Positions 50,189-59,467 of a stretch of 64,000 nucleotides of DNA are shown here, piece by piece. This DNA comes from an uncultured Candidatus Saccharibacteria bacterium. GTDB taxonomy: Bacteria > Patescibacteriota > Doudnabacteria > UBA920. The stretch spans positions 804-64,803 of the forward strand of contig CAZFTX010000005.1 of the NCBI GenBank assembly GCA_964521955.1, in the 5' to 3' direction. The notes beneath the pieces were generated by a model that did not search any database, had not been told where the DNA came from, and was given only the letters and a program-made list of their open reading frames with translations. The position numbers were made by a program, and so were the translations under genes. Every line of letters starts with the position of its first letter. Position 1 is the first letter of the stretch.

Positions 50189-50201
50189 TATTTTATTTTT
50201 T

Positions 50202-50236
50202 AAACCCCGCTTTGGAAATTCCAAAGCGGGGTTTTT
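50202..50236 (+). terminator. Intrinsic terminator of pilus operon
   Basis: AAACCCCGCTTTGGAA-A-TTCCAAAGCGGGGTTTTT. Confidence 0.85.
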
Positions 50237-50330
50237 GTTATGCTAAAACAGGCTTGATTTTCAAATTTTGGCATTATATAATAGGTAGTCGCAGCTAGAA
50301 GTACGCTAGCGACCACAAGGAGGAATGCGC

Positions 50331-50993
50331 ATGGTTTATTTGCGCTTTCGTGTAGTTTTGCTCGGAGCTCTTCTGGGCATCTTGCCAATTTCTCAGGCCT
50401 TCGGAGCCACGTTGACGTACGATTCTCTCACGGGAAGCACGGAAACGATTGGAACTTGGGGAGCACAAGCAACTGAGAAGTATGGTCAGACGACTACTGT
50501 ACCAGTCACACACACGCTTCTGACATCGTTTGCTTTTTCAATGAATTTCAACGGCGACAGCGCCGCGAGTGCAAACCTTCAGGTGCATGTGTACGGCTGG
50601 GACGGCAGCGCGCCAACAGGGGCGGCCCTTTGGTCCAGTGGCGTGTTGAACGCTTCCGGCGCCGGGTTCATTGACCAGTCTTTGAACATCGGTCTGAATT
50701 TGGTGGGTGGCCAGAACATTGTCTTGTACGTTGAGGCTCTTTCTGGTGACATTGCCGTATTCAAACGGCCGGGAATTTCACAACCGCTCATTGGGGTCGA
50801 CGTTTTTCCCGGAGGGTTTGTATTCCAGAATGGCATTGAGCCGTGGGTTCAAGATTTCATGGGTACTGACACCGACCTGGGCGTCATTCTCACATGGGAT
50901 CAAACGGAGGGCGGCGGCGGGGAAGTTCCTGAACCTTCTACGGTCGCTCTTGTCGGCGCTGGTGTTGCGGCGTTGTTGTTTCGCCGGCGCTAA
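50331..50993 (+). CDS. PEP-CTERM sorting domain-containing secreted protein
   Basis: AAGGAGG SD, signal peptide, GGGG-EVPEPSTVALVGAGVAALLFRRR; TTGATT-17-TATAAT promoter. Confidence 0.92.
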   Translation: MVYLRFRVVLLGALLGILPISQAFGATLTYDSLTGSTETIGTWGAQATEKYGQTTTVPVTHTLLTSFAFSMNFNGDSAASANLQVHVYGWDGSAPTGAALWSSGVLNASGAGFIDQSLNIGLNLVGGQNIVLYVEALSGDIAVFKRPGISQPLIGVDVFPGGFVFQNGIEPWVQDFMGTDTDLGVILTWDQTEGGGGEVPEPSTVALVGAGVAALLFRRR

Positions 50994-51227
50994 CGGTAAG
51001 CTCGCCACTTCGTGGCATCGTGGTCCGGGACCTGTACTCTTTAGGGGGTATGGGTTCCGGGCTGTTTTTTTAAACACAATATCAACAATGCGGAAATTTT
51101 CAATATTTATTCTCTTATTTAAGCCACTTTTTATTTGAAATTTTGTGTAGAATTTAAGTATTTTGTTTGCTAAACTTAAGGAAGTAAAAAATACTGTTTA
51201 GAAATAAAACTAAATATAAAAATATAT

Positions 51228-52361
51228 ATGAAAGTTAAAGTAAAGGTTGTTACCAACAATATTAATAGTAATAAAAAGTTTTTGAAAAAAAATTTGCTTT
51301 ATAAAGCAACAGCGTTTTTATGTATAGTTACTTTGGTTTTTTCTTTAATGTCTTCTAAAGACAAAGTTGTTGCAGCTGACTATCCTACTGCTACTTTGAT
51401 TGTGAAGAAAATTGTTGAAAACAATAATGGCGGTACCAAAGTTTCCTCTGACTTTACTATGTATGTAATTGGTTTGTCCGGAGTTCCTGGACCTGTAGCA
51501 ACACCTGACACTTATTCAACATCTTTTCCTGGTGACGCTTTTGGAACGCCAATCCTTTTAGGAGTAGGGAACTATCAAGTCACAGAAACTGTTTTGCCGG
51601 GTTATGCTGTAACTTACTCTGACGAATGTAGGAGTTCTACAGGCGGAATTCTAGAAGAAAACGTTGAAAGAACTTGTATAGTTACCAACTCAGACATTCC
51701 TGCAAAATTAAACGTAGTAGTGCAGGTGTTAAACGATAACGGTGGAAGTAAAGTGCCAGGTGACTTTAATGTTGTTGTAACTGGCGGTAATGCCAACCCA
51801 AGAAATTTTCCCGGAGATGAAAGCGGTACAGAAGTAGTCATGCACTCCGGAGTATATTCTGTAGACGTAGATCCTGACAGTAATTACGACATTACTTATT
51901 CTCCTGAATGTGCGGACAGTTTAGCTTTAGCTGAAAGTGTGACTTGTACTGTGAATATAAACGACATTGAACAAACAGGTGGTGGAGGTACTGGTGGTGA
52001 TGGGGAAGACGAAGAAGAAACACCCCCTCCTGGTGGTGGCGGTGGAAATTCGAGCGGTGGTGGCGCAGGTGGCCCAACTCCAACAGGTCCAGGATCTTCG
52101 GGAGGTGGCGGAACTTCTTCCGGCGGCAGCGGAATTCCAACCCCACCAACTCAGCCTAGTGACGGTGAAGTTTTAGGAGTTTCTACTACCAATGTCCCAA
52201 GTATTTCCATGCCCACAGACGGTGGTATACAGCCCGAGGGACAAGTATTAGGAGCTTCAACTGAATTGCCAAGAACCGGTACAAATGCTATGAGTGTTGT
52301 TATTTCCTTACTTGCTGGACTTTTGGTTTTTGTTCCCAAAATGAAGTTAAAGTTCAAGTAA
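51228..52361 (+). CDS. LPxTG-anchored surface protein with two prealbumin/SpaA-like domains
   Basis: Two repeats (NNNGGTK..C..C; NDNGGSK..C..C), Gly/Pro linker, GQVLGASTELPRTG + TM + basic tail. Confidence 0.88.
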   Translation: MKVKVKVVTNNINSNKKFLKKNLLYKATAFLCIVTLVFSLMSSKDKVVAADYPTATLIVKKIVENNNGGTKVSSDFTMYVIGLSGVPGPVATPDTYSTSFPGDAFGTPILLGVGNYQVTETVLPGYAVTYSDECRSSTGGILEENVERTCIVTNSDIPAKLNVVVQVLNDNGGSKVPGDFNVVVTGGNANPRNFPGDESGTEVVMHSGVYSVDVDPDSNYDITYSPECADSLALAESVTCTVNINDIEQTGGGGTGGDGEDEEETPPPGGGGGNSSGGGAGGPTPTGPGSSGGGGTSSGGSGIPTPPTQPSDGEVLGVSTTNVPSISMPTDGGIQPEGQVLGASTELPRTGTNAMSVVISLLAGLLVFVPKMKLKFK

Positions 52362-52416
52362 TTTTAAAAATTCCGGGTCGCCAGTTTAGGCACTCGGAAT
52401 TTTTGTTTTTATCAAA

Positions 52417-53001
52417 ATGAATAAGTTTAAAAAACCATTATTAGCAATTTTAGTTTTTACTATGGTTTTTATTGCGCTTAACTTTTCTTTTTTTAAGAAC
52501 AAATTTAACTTTACTTTTGAAGGTAGAAAAAGCATATACAAATCCCCGGCAGTTATACCCGTGATAAAAAAAGTTACGCCGAATTTTTTAACGATTGAAA
52601 CTTTAAACATAAAAGCCCCTATAGTTTATGTGGGAGAAAATAAAGAAGAAGTTTTTCAAACTGCCTTGCAAACCGGTGTAGTGCATTTTCCAGGGACTGC
52701 AAAACCCGGAGAATATGGAAATGTTTACATACTAGGACATAGTTCAGACTATGCTTGGGCTAAAGGGGAGTTTAAAACCGTTTTTGCAAGTTTACCTGAG
52801 ATTCAAAAAGGTGTGGAAATTACTGTGAGTGATTCTGAAGGCAACCCTTTTACTTACACAGTTACAGGCACTAAAATTGTTGCCCCGGAGGAGCTTTCGG
52901 TTTTAGACCAAGACTTTAAAAAGAAAACTTTAACTTTGCAAACTTCTTACCCCCTAGGCACTGCTTTAAAACGTTTTATAGTAACTGCCGAATTGAAATA
53001 A
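52417..53001 (+). CDS. Sortase family protein (catalytic Cys replaced by Ser)
   Basis: GVVHFPGTAKPG..NVYILGHSS, LTLQTSYPLGT..KRFIV. Confidence 0.88.
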   Translation: MNKFKKPLLAILVFTMVFIALNFSFFKNKFNFTFEGRKSIYKSPAVIPVIKKVTPNFLTIETLNIKAPIVYVGENKEEVFQTALQTGVVHFPGTAKPGEYGNVYILGHSSDYAWAKGEFKTVFASLPEIQKGVEITVSDSEGNPFTYTVTGTKIVAPEELSVLDQDFKKKTLTLQTSYPLGTALKRFIVTAELK

Positions 53002-53081
53002 CTTGACTTAAGTACGCGGGTTTATGGTAAAATAAGTCCATAAAGTATTCCCTTAAGAAATCAAAAACTAAAATTAAATAT

Positions 53082-53573
53082 ATGACAAAACTTTCTCGGA
53101 GGTCTTTAGACCCTAGTCAGTTGGGCTACTTAGTTAATAACTTGTGGTCGGCTTTTACTTTAATGAGCACCAAGGAAGACATTCGTCTTTTGTTTAAAGA
53201 TGTATTAACTCAGACTGAAATAAGAATGATTGCTAAACGTTTAGAAATAGTGAGGAGACTTTTAAAACAAGAGTCTTATGAGAATATTCAGAAAGAATTA
53301 AAAGTAACTTCCGGTACTATTAATGCAATAGGCAATATTTTAAAATTGAGAGGCGATGGTTTTCGTAAGGTATGTTTAAAGTTGGACGGTTTGGAAGAAA
53401 AATACATTAAACAACAAAGAGAAATAACAAAAAATCTTGAGAATCCATTTAGGAAGAAAACTCAAAGAAAAACATTATTGGGAGAAGTAATTAAGGCAGG
53501 TATTAGTGCCTTAGATAAAAAGATTATTCAGACTCAAAAGCATAATTCTGCCAAAAAAGTATTGCCTTCCTAA
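53082..53573 (+). CDS. TrpR-like (YerC/YecD) DNA-binding protein
   Basis: DVLTQTEIRMIAKRLEI..SYENIQKELKVTSGTI. Confidence 0.85.
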   Translation: MTKLSRRSLDPSQLGYLVNNLWSAFTLMSTKEDIRLLFKDVLTQTEIRMIAKRLEIVRRLLKQESYENIQKELKVTSGTINAIGNILKLRGDGFRKVCLKLDGLEEKYIKQQREITKNLENPFRKKTQRKTLLGEVIKAGISALDKKIIQTQKHNSAKKVLPS

Positions 53574-53604
53574 CCACTATGATACTGTCCAGTATCATAG
53601 TGGT
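53573..53604. repeat. 32-bp palindrome, copy 2
   Basis: Identical to 43178-43209; starts at the stop codon of the TrpR-like gene. Confidence 0.9.
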
Positions 53605-53622
53605 TTAAATTTGGGGATTTTT

Positions 53623-55026
53623 ATGAAGAAGGTAAGAATTAAAGTAGAAAGTTACTTAGGGGGTTATGTGGCTATGGAAATGATTTTAGCCTTGTTTGTT
53701 TTTGCTCTCTTGGTTCCGGCTGCAGTGGTTTTAATTTTTTCAAACCAATTTGCAATTATAGACACTGAAAACAACCATACAAGTTTAATTTTAGCTAAAG
53801 AAGTTTTTGAAGAAACTCAAGCAGTTGGTAGGAGTAATTTTAGTTCACTCTCACCTTTAGCGGAGATTCCCGAAGGTGATTTTTTCAAAGACAATTATTT
53901 AGAAGAAATTTCAGACTATGCCTTTTTTTCTGACAGTCGTTCCTGGCATAAAAACTATACTTTAAAAAAAGTTGAACTGCCAACCGCATTTATAGACTGG
54001 AAAAACGCTCTAGGAAAAGACAGTTGTGCTTTAAGTTTTTCCGACAGTTGGGGATCACCGGTTTTAAAAGGAAGTATGAATTTGGGTTTAGGAAACGAAG
54101 CTTTAGATTTAGATGTTCATAATAAAAAAGTTTATATTACCGCTAATTTCTCTCCGGTCTCACAGAGAGATTTTTTTATAGTTGAGGTTACAGATCAAAA
54201 TACTCCTTTTCTTATTTCTTCGCTTCATTCTGGACCTGGGTTATCTGCTGTGCATGTTGCAGGTGATTATGCTTATGTTGCAAATGCAACCCTGACCAAT
54301 CAGTTTCAAGTAATAAGTATTGCAGATAACAATAATCCTATTTTAGTTAAGACTTACAAAATACCGGGGGTTACAGGCACCGGTGGAGCTGGTGTTGGTA
54401 AAAGTATTTTTTATTTAAATAAAAAAATTTATATTGGACTTACAAAAGCCACCGGCCCAGAGTTTCATATTCTTGATGTTGCAATTCCAAACTCGCCGGT
54501 GTTGCTTGGTGCTTTTGAAACTAACACAGTTGTTAGCAGTATTTTTGTAAAAGATGGACTCGCTTATCTGGCAACTGGGGAAGGGGATCAGTTTAGAATT
54601 TTGGACGTAAGTAATCCGAGTAATATTTTTGAACTTGGTAGTTTAGGTTGGCTTAGCCAGTCAGGCCAAAGTGTTACTGTTTTAGGTAATCAAGTAGTTT
54701 TTGGAAGAGCAGGAGGACTTTCTAACTCAGGGCAGCATGAACTTTTTTTGTTAGATGTTAAAAACAAAACATTACCCACATCAGTTTTTTCTTCAGATTT
54801 AAATTTTAGTATTAGGGATATTTTTTGGAGAGATGGATTGGTGTTTTTAGCGACTAACAAAGCTGGGGCGGAATTTCAAGTGTTTGAAAAGTTGGGTAAT
54901 GTATTGGTTTTTAAATCAGGCTTGGATTTAGGCAGTCCGGCTACAGCTTTAGACTGTGAAGATGAAAGCATATTTGTGCTTTCAGAAAATGGTAAATTGA
55001 GCATACTTAATCCGGGTTCTTATTGA
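53623..55026 (+). CDS. Second pilin-like protein with LVIVD-repeat propeller
   Basis: GYVAMEMILAL; GDYAYVA, FHILDV, GLAYLA..FRILDVSNP; paralog of 47252-48712. Confidence 0.78.
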   Translation: MKKVRIKVESYLGGYVAMEMILALFVFALLVPAAVVLIFSNQFAIIDTENNHTSLILAKEVFEETQAVGRSNFSSLSPLAEIPEGDFFKDNYLEEISDYAFFSDSRSWHKNYTLKKVELPTAFIDWKNALGKDSCALSFSDSWGSPVLKGSMNLGLGNEALDLDVHNKKVYITANFSPVSQRDFFIVEVTDQNTPFLISSLHSGPGLSAVHVAGDYAYVANATLTNQFQVISIADNNNPILVKTYKIPGVTGTGGAGVGKSIFYLNKKIYIGLTKATGPEFHILDVAIPNSPVLLGAFETNTVVSSIFVKDGLAYLATGEGDQFRILDVSNPSNIFELGSLGWLSQSGQSVTVLGNQVVFGRAGGLSNSGQHELFLLDVKNKTLPTSVFSSDLNFSIRDIFWRDGLVFLATNKAGAEFQVFEKLGNVLVFKSGLDLGSPATALDCEDESIFVLSENGKLSILNPGSY

Positions 55027-55045
55027 TTTGTGATATTATATAGGT

Positions 55046-55567
55046 ATGAATAAATTTTTAGACCAAATGCCGGCAAATATGAAACCGGCAAATTTTCAAG
55101 GAAATCCGGAAGAGCAAAAACAACTAAATAAAAAACTTAAATCCATGCAGAAAAAGAACAGGCCTTGGGGTAAGTTTTTAGCTTTTTTGTTAATTTTGGG
55201 TGGTGTAATTTACGCAACACACTATTTTGAAATTTGGGCTATTTATGAAGCAAAAATTGAAGTTGTATCAAAAGAGCAGAAGGTGGACGGTGGGTTTGAT
55301 GGGCAAGTTTTAGACTTTGGAAGAATTTCAGAAAATGAGATGAGTCAGGTGAATTTATCTTTTGAAAATAAGTCTAAATATGTACAAGCAGTTTATGTTT
55401 ATAAAACAGGAAAAATTGCTCCTCATGTAAAGTTTAGCCAGGAGCAGTTTTTAGTCGCTAGAAACGAGGTTAAAACAATTTTTGCTTATACTTTAGCTGG
55501 TAGTTATGATCTTTACGGTAAGTATACCGGTAGGATAATAGTTTTCAGAATTCCAAAACTTTGGTAG
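55046..55567 (+). CDS. Single-TM protein with Ig-like extracellular domain
   Basis: TM at aa 45-60; LDFG..NLSFEN beta-rich domain. Confidence 0.6.
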   Translation: MNKFLDQMPANMKPANFQGNPEEQKQLNKKLKSMQKKNRPWGKFLAFLLILGGVIYATHYFEIWAIYEAKIEVVSKEQKVDGGFDGQVLDFGRISENEMSQVNLSFENKSKYVQAVYVYKTGKIAPHVKFSQEQFLVARNEVKTIFAYTLAGSYDLYGKYTGRIIVFRIPKLW

Positions 55568-55632
55568 AAAAATTTGGTTAAAAGACTTCCAATAATTTAG
55601 CGGTTGGCTGAGGAAGTTTTTTTAATTTATCA

Positions 55633-55668
55633 TTATCACTTGACTACCTAGAGTGATAATGATAAAAT
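55633..55668 (+). promoter_or_regulatory. Variant CIRCE operator overlapping the hrcA promoter
   Basis: TTATCACTT-N9-GAGTGATAA (55633-55659); TTGACT-17-TAAAAT. Confidence 0.85.
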
Positions 55669-55674
55669 CATTTT

Positions 55675-56424
55675 ATGAATGAGATTCAAGAATTAAGCCA
55701 TAGACAAGCCAAAATATTGGCAGCTATAGTCAAAGAGCATTGTGATACTAGTCTGCCAGTAGGTAGCCAGGATTTGGTGGAGAAGTATAATTTTGAAGTC
55801 TCTGCTCCTACTATTCGTAATGAAATGCAGTCTTTGGAAAAGATGGGTTATATAGCTCAGCCTTATACTTCGGCCGGTAGGGTGCCTACCGATAAAGGTT
55901 TTCGCTATTTTGTAAACCAGTTAATGGACAGGGTGAGTTTGGGTATGGAAGAACAGACTCGGTTGAAAAAAGAAATGATAAAATTACAGATGGCGCATGT
56001 GGAAATGGGAAGACGTTTAGCAAAACTGCTTTCAGATCACAGTCAACAGGCCAGCTTTGCTATTTTTCCCGAAGAAGTTTCAACTACAGGGATTTCAAAT
56101 ATTTTAAATACACCTGGATTGCCAGCAGAAGACGCGAAGGAAATTGCTAAATTTTTTGATGACATAGATCAGTACGCAGAAAAAATGATGACTGAATACG
56201 CTCAGGAAGACTCACCTAAAACTTTTATTGGTAAAGAAATTCAACTTTCTCCAAAATCCGGTTACTCTATGATTGTTTCAAGATTGAGTTTGCCTTCTGG
56301 TAAAAAAGGAGTTATTGGTCTAGTTGGTCCTAAGTCCATGCAGTATGAAAAGAATTTGAGTTTATTGGAATATATTTCAAAGTTAATAGGTGGGACTTCT
56401 GTAATTCTTGTTTTATTTTTTTAG
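55675..56424 (+). CDS. hrcA: Heat-inducible transcription repressor HrcA
   Basis: PVGS, SAPTIRNEM, PYTSAGRVPTDKGFRYFV, GVIGLVGP..MQY. Confidence 0.93.
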   Translation: MNEIQELSHRQAKILAAIVKEHCDTSLPVGSQDLVEKYNFEVSAPTIRNEMQSLEKMGYIAQPYTSAGRVPTDKGFRYFVNQLMDRVSLGMEEQTRLKKEMIKLQMAHVEMGRRLAKLLSDHSQQASFAIFPEEVSTTGISNILNTPGLPAEDAKEIAKFFDDIDQYAEKMMTEYAQEDSPKTFIGKEIQLSPKSGYSMIVSRLSLPSGKKGVIGLVGPKSMQYEKNLSLLEYISKLIGGTSVILVLFF

Positions 56425-56527
56425 TTATTATGAGTAATAATTAATCTAATTTCTAATTAACCTAATTTACCTAAAACTCTCAATTATTTAGAACAATTAG
56501 AGTAAATAGAATAATTTTTTAATATTT

Positions 56528-57055
56528 ATGGACGAGCAAGATCAAGGCACAAATTTGGTTAGTGAGGTAGACAGTGAAAAATTACAAGCAGATTTAGACA
56601 AAGCGTTAGATTCTTGGAAAAGAACAGCAGCAGATTTTGAAAATTTTCGCAGACGAAAAGAGGAAGAAAACAAAGAACTGGTAGAATTTGCCAGAGAAGT
56701 CACAATTGCAAAACTTTTACCCACTTTGGATTCTTTGGAACAAGCTTTAAAACATATGCCTGAAATGAATCTTGAATCTGGAAGTATGAATCAAGAGTTT
56801 GAAAAACAGTACAAAAACTGGCAAACGGGCGCAAACGGGATTGTTTCGCAGTTAGATAAAGTTTTGGAAGAATTGGGTGTGAAAAAAATACAAGCATTGG
56901 GTAATAAATTTGACCCGCATTTACACGAAGCTTTAAGAGAAGAGGAAAGTGAAAAAGAAGCTGGGACTGTAACGCAAGAAATTCAGACTGGGTTTGAGTT
57001 AAACGGTAAAGTTGTTCGCCCAAGTCAAGTGGTGATTAGTAAGGGAAATAGTTAA
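56528..57055 (+). CDS. grpE: Nucleotide exchange factor GrpE
   Basis: ADFENFRRR, LLPTLDSLE, FDPHLHEA, VVRPSQVVI. Confidence 0.95.
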   Translation: MDEQDQGTNLVSEVDSEKLQADLDKALDSWKRTAADFENFRRRKEEENKELVEFAREVTIAKLLPTLDSLEQALKHMPEMNLESGSMNQEFEKQYKNWQTGANGIVSQLDKVLEELGVKKIQALGNKFDPHLHEALREEESEKEAGTVTQEIQTGFELNGKVVRPSQVVISKGNS

Positions 57056-57077
57056 ATATTAAAGTTAATATAAATAT

Positions 57078-57467
57078 ATGGGAAAAATAAATCCGGAAAA
57101 TCATCCAAATCAACAAGAAGTGAATGACGATAAAAGCGCCAGAGCATACTTAGACGCAACGACACCTCCAATTGAATTTCGTTTTCATAACGATATGTAC
57201 AAAAAGCAGGTAATGGAAATGATTAACGACTTGTCTAGCGGATATTTTTTACAAAGCCCGAATGAATTTGAGGATGGAGAGTATAAAGTAGTTTTGGAAC
57301 ATGGTAAAACAGGTCAAACAAAAAATTATTTTTTTGAAGTTCCTTTACCCCTTGAATCATTAGCCAAAGTTAGACGAGAAGCAAAAGAGCAAAAGCAAAG
57401 CCTTGAAGATGTTAAAGATTTAGAAAATGAGCATTTAATAGAGTTACTAGAAAGTTGGATTAAATAA
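57078..57467 (+). CDS. Hypothetical protein
   Basis: 129-aa ORF between grpE and dnaK. Confidence 0.6.
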   Translation: MGKINPENHPNQQEVNDDKSARAYLDATTPPIEFRFHNDMYKKQVMEMINDLSSGYFLQSPNEFEDGEYKVVLEHGKTGQTKNYFFEVPLPLESLAKVRREAKEQKQSLEDVKDLENEHLIELLESWIK

Positions 57468-57582
57468 TTAATTATGAAATATTAACCTCAATTCAGCTCT
57501 CTCCTGTTTACCCCATTCCTGCAAAGCAGAAGAATGGGGGAATTCCAATCTCAAGAGAGGGAGGTAATAAGGAATTACTATT

Positions 57583-59463
57583 ATGTCAAAAATTATTGGT
57601 ATAGATTTAGGAACTTCAAACTCCGCAGCTTCAGTTGTTGAAGGCGGTACCCCTGTAATTATTCCGGCAGCGGAAGGGGCTTCTTTGGGAGGTAAAGCTT
57701 TTCCTTCTTATGTGGCTTTTACCAAAGATTCACAGCTTTTGGTTGGTGAGCCTGCAAGAAGACAAGCCGTAACAAATCCTGAAGGCACAATTTTTGAAGC
57801 CAAAAGAAAAATGGGTACTAATTTTAAGTATTCGGTGTTTGGCAAAGATTATTCCCCGGAACAAATTTCAGCTTTTATTTTGCAAAAAATTAAAAAAGAT
57901 GCCGAAAGTTTTTTGGGTCAACCTGTAACCAAAGCAGTAATTACTGTTCCAGCTTATTTTGACGATACACAAAGGCAGGCAACAAAAAACGCAGGTGAAA
58001 TTGCCGGCTTGGAAGTAGTTAGGGTGATCAATGAGCCTACTGCAGCAGCTTTTGCTTATGGTTTGGACAAGACCGGAGGTAAAGACCAAAAGATTTTGGT
58101 TTTTGACTTAGGTGGTGGAACTTTGGATGTAACTATTATGGATTTTGGCGAACACGACGGCCAGGCAACTTTTGAAGTGCTTTCTACTTCTGGGGACACT
58201 CAATTAGGTGGTAAAGACATGGATAAAGCATTAATTGATTTTATAGTTGGTCGGTTTAAAGACGAAAATGGAGTAGATATTTCAGTTGATAAAATGGCAA
58301 TGAACCGTGTAAGAGAGGCTGCAGAAAAAGCGAAAATTGAACTTTCTACAGTGCTTGAAACCGAAGTTAATTTACCGTTTATAACTGCTGATCAAAATGG
58401 TCCAAAGCATTTACAGTTAAAAATTACCCGTGCTAAGTTAGAAGAATTGATTAAACCAATTACAGAGCGCATGCATAAGCCTGTAGAGCAGGCAATTACA
58501 GACGCGAAGCTAACCCCTGATAAAATAGACAAAATTATTTTGATTGGTGGACCAACTCGTATGCCTGCTGTTAAGAGTTTTGTTGAAAATTATATTGGTA
58601 AAAAAGTAGAAGGTGGTGTTGATCCAATGGAAGCAGTGGCTAAAGGCGCTGCAATACAGGCAGGGATTTTAGGCGGTGATATTAAAGATAAAGAAATTTT
58701 ACTTTTGGATGTAACGCCTTTAACTTTAGGTTTAGAAACTTTAGGTGGGGTTAGAACTCCGCTTATTGAAAGAAACACAACAATCCCAACTTCTAAGAGT
58801 CAAGTTTTTTCAACAGCAGCTGATAACCAGACCAGCGTGGAAATTCACGCTTTACAAGGTGAGAGAGAATTTGCAAAAGACAACAAATCTTTAGGTAGGT
58901 TTATTTTGGACGGGATTCCTCCTGCCCCACGCGGTGTACCTCAAGTTGAAGTTACTTTTGACATAGATGCTAATGGAATTTTAACTGTTAAAGCTAAAGA
59001 CAAGGCTACGGGTAAAGAGCAGCATATTACTATTCAAGGCTCTTCTAACCTTTCAAAAGACGAAATAGAGAGAATGAAAAAAGAAGCTGAAGCTCATGCT
59101 TCTGAAGATCGCAAGCGTAAGGAAACTATTGATACGAGAAACCAAGCTGATACTTTAATCTCAGTAAGTGAGAAAACCTTAAAGGATGCCGGGGACAAAG
59201 CACCTGAGGCTGATAAGAAGGTGGTAGAAGAAAAAATACAAGCTTTAAAGGATATTAAAGATAAAGAAGATATTGATGCGATTAAAAAAGCAATGGATGA
59301 GCTTTCTGAGGCTGTTCAAAAAGTTGGGGCGGCTATGTATTCAGCTCCTGCTGGCGGAGCGGCCGAAGGACAGGCAAATTCAGGACAAACATCTTCTGAA
59401 GAAAAAAAAGACAATGATTCCGTAGATGCTGAATTTAAAGAAGTACCTAAGGATCAAGCTTAA
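57583..59463 (+). CDS. dnaK: Molecular chaperone DnaK
   Basis: [45 protein letters not shown]. Confidence 0.98.
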   Translation: MSKIIGIDLGTSNSAASVVEGGTPVIIPAAEGASLGGKAFPSYVAFTKDSQLLVGEPARRQAVTNPEGTIFEAKRKMGTNFKYSVFGKDYSPEQISAFILQKIKKDAESFLGQPVTKAVITVPAYFDDTQRQATKNAGEIAGLEVVRVINEPTAAAFAYGLDKTGGKDQKILVFDLGGGTLDVTIMDFGEHDGQATFEVLSTSGDTQLGGKDMDKALIDFIVGRFKDENGVDISVDKMAMNRVREAAEKAKIELSTVLETEVNLPFITADQNGPKHLQLKITRAKLEELIKPITERMHKPVEQAITDAKLTPDKIDKIILIGGPTRMPAVKSFVENYIGKKVEGGVDPMEAVAKGAAIQAGILGGDIKDKEILLLDVTPLTLGLETLGGVRTPLIERNTTIPTSKSQVFSTAADNQTSVEIHALQGEREFAKDNKSLGRFILDGIPPAPRGVPQVEVTFDIDANGILTVKAKDKATGKEQHITIQGSSNLSKDEIERMKKEAEAHASEDRKRKETIDTRNQADTLISVSEKTLKDAGDKAPEADKKVVEEKIQALKDIKDKEDIDAIKKAMDELSEAVQKVGAAMYSAPAGGAAEGQANSGQTSSEEKKDNDSVDAEFKEVPKDQA

Positions 59464-59467
59464 TTTT

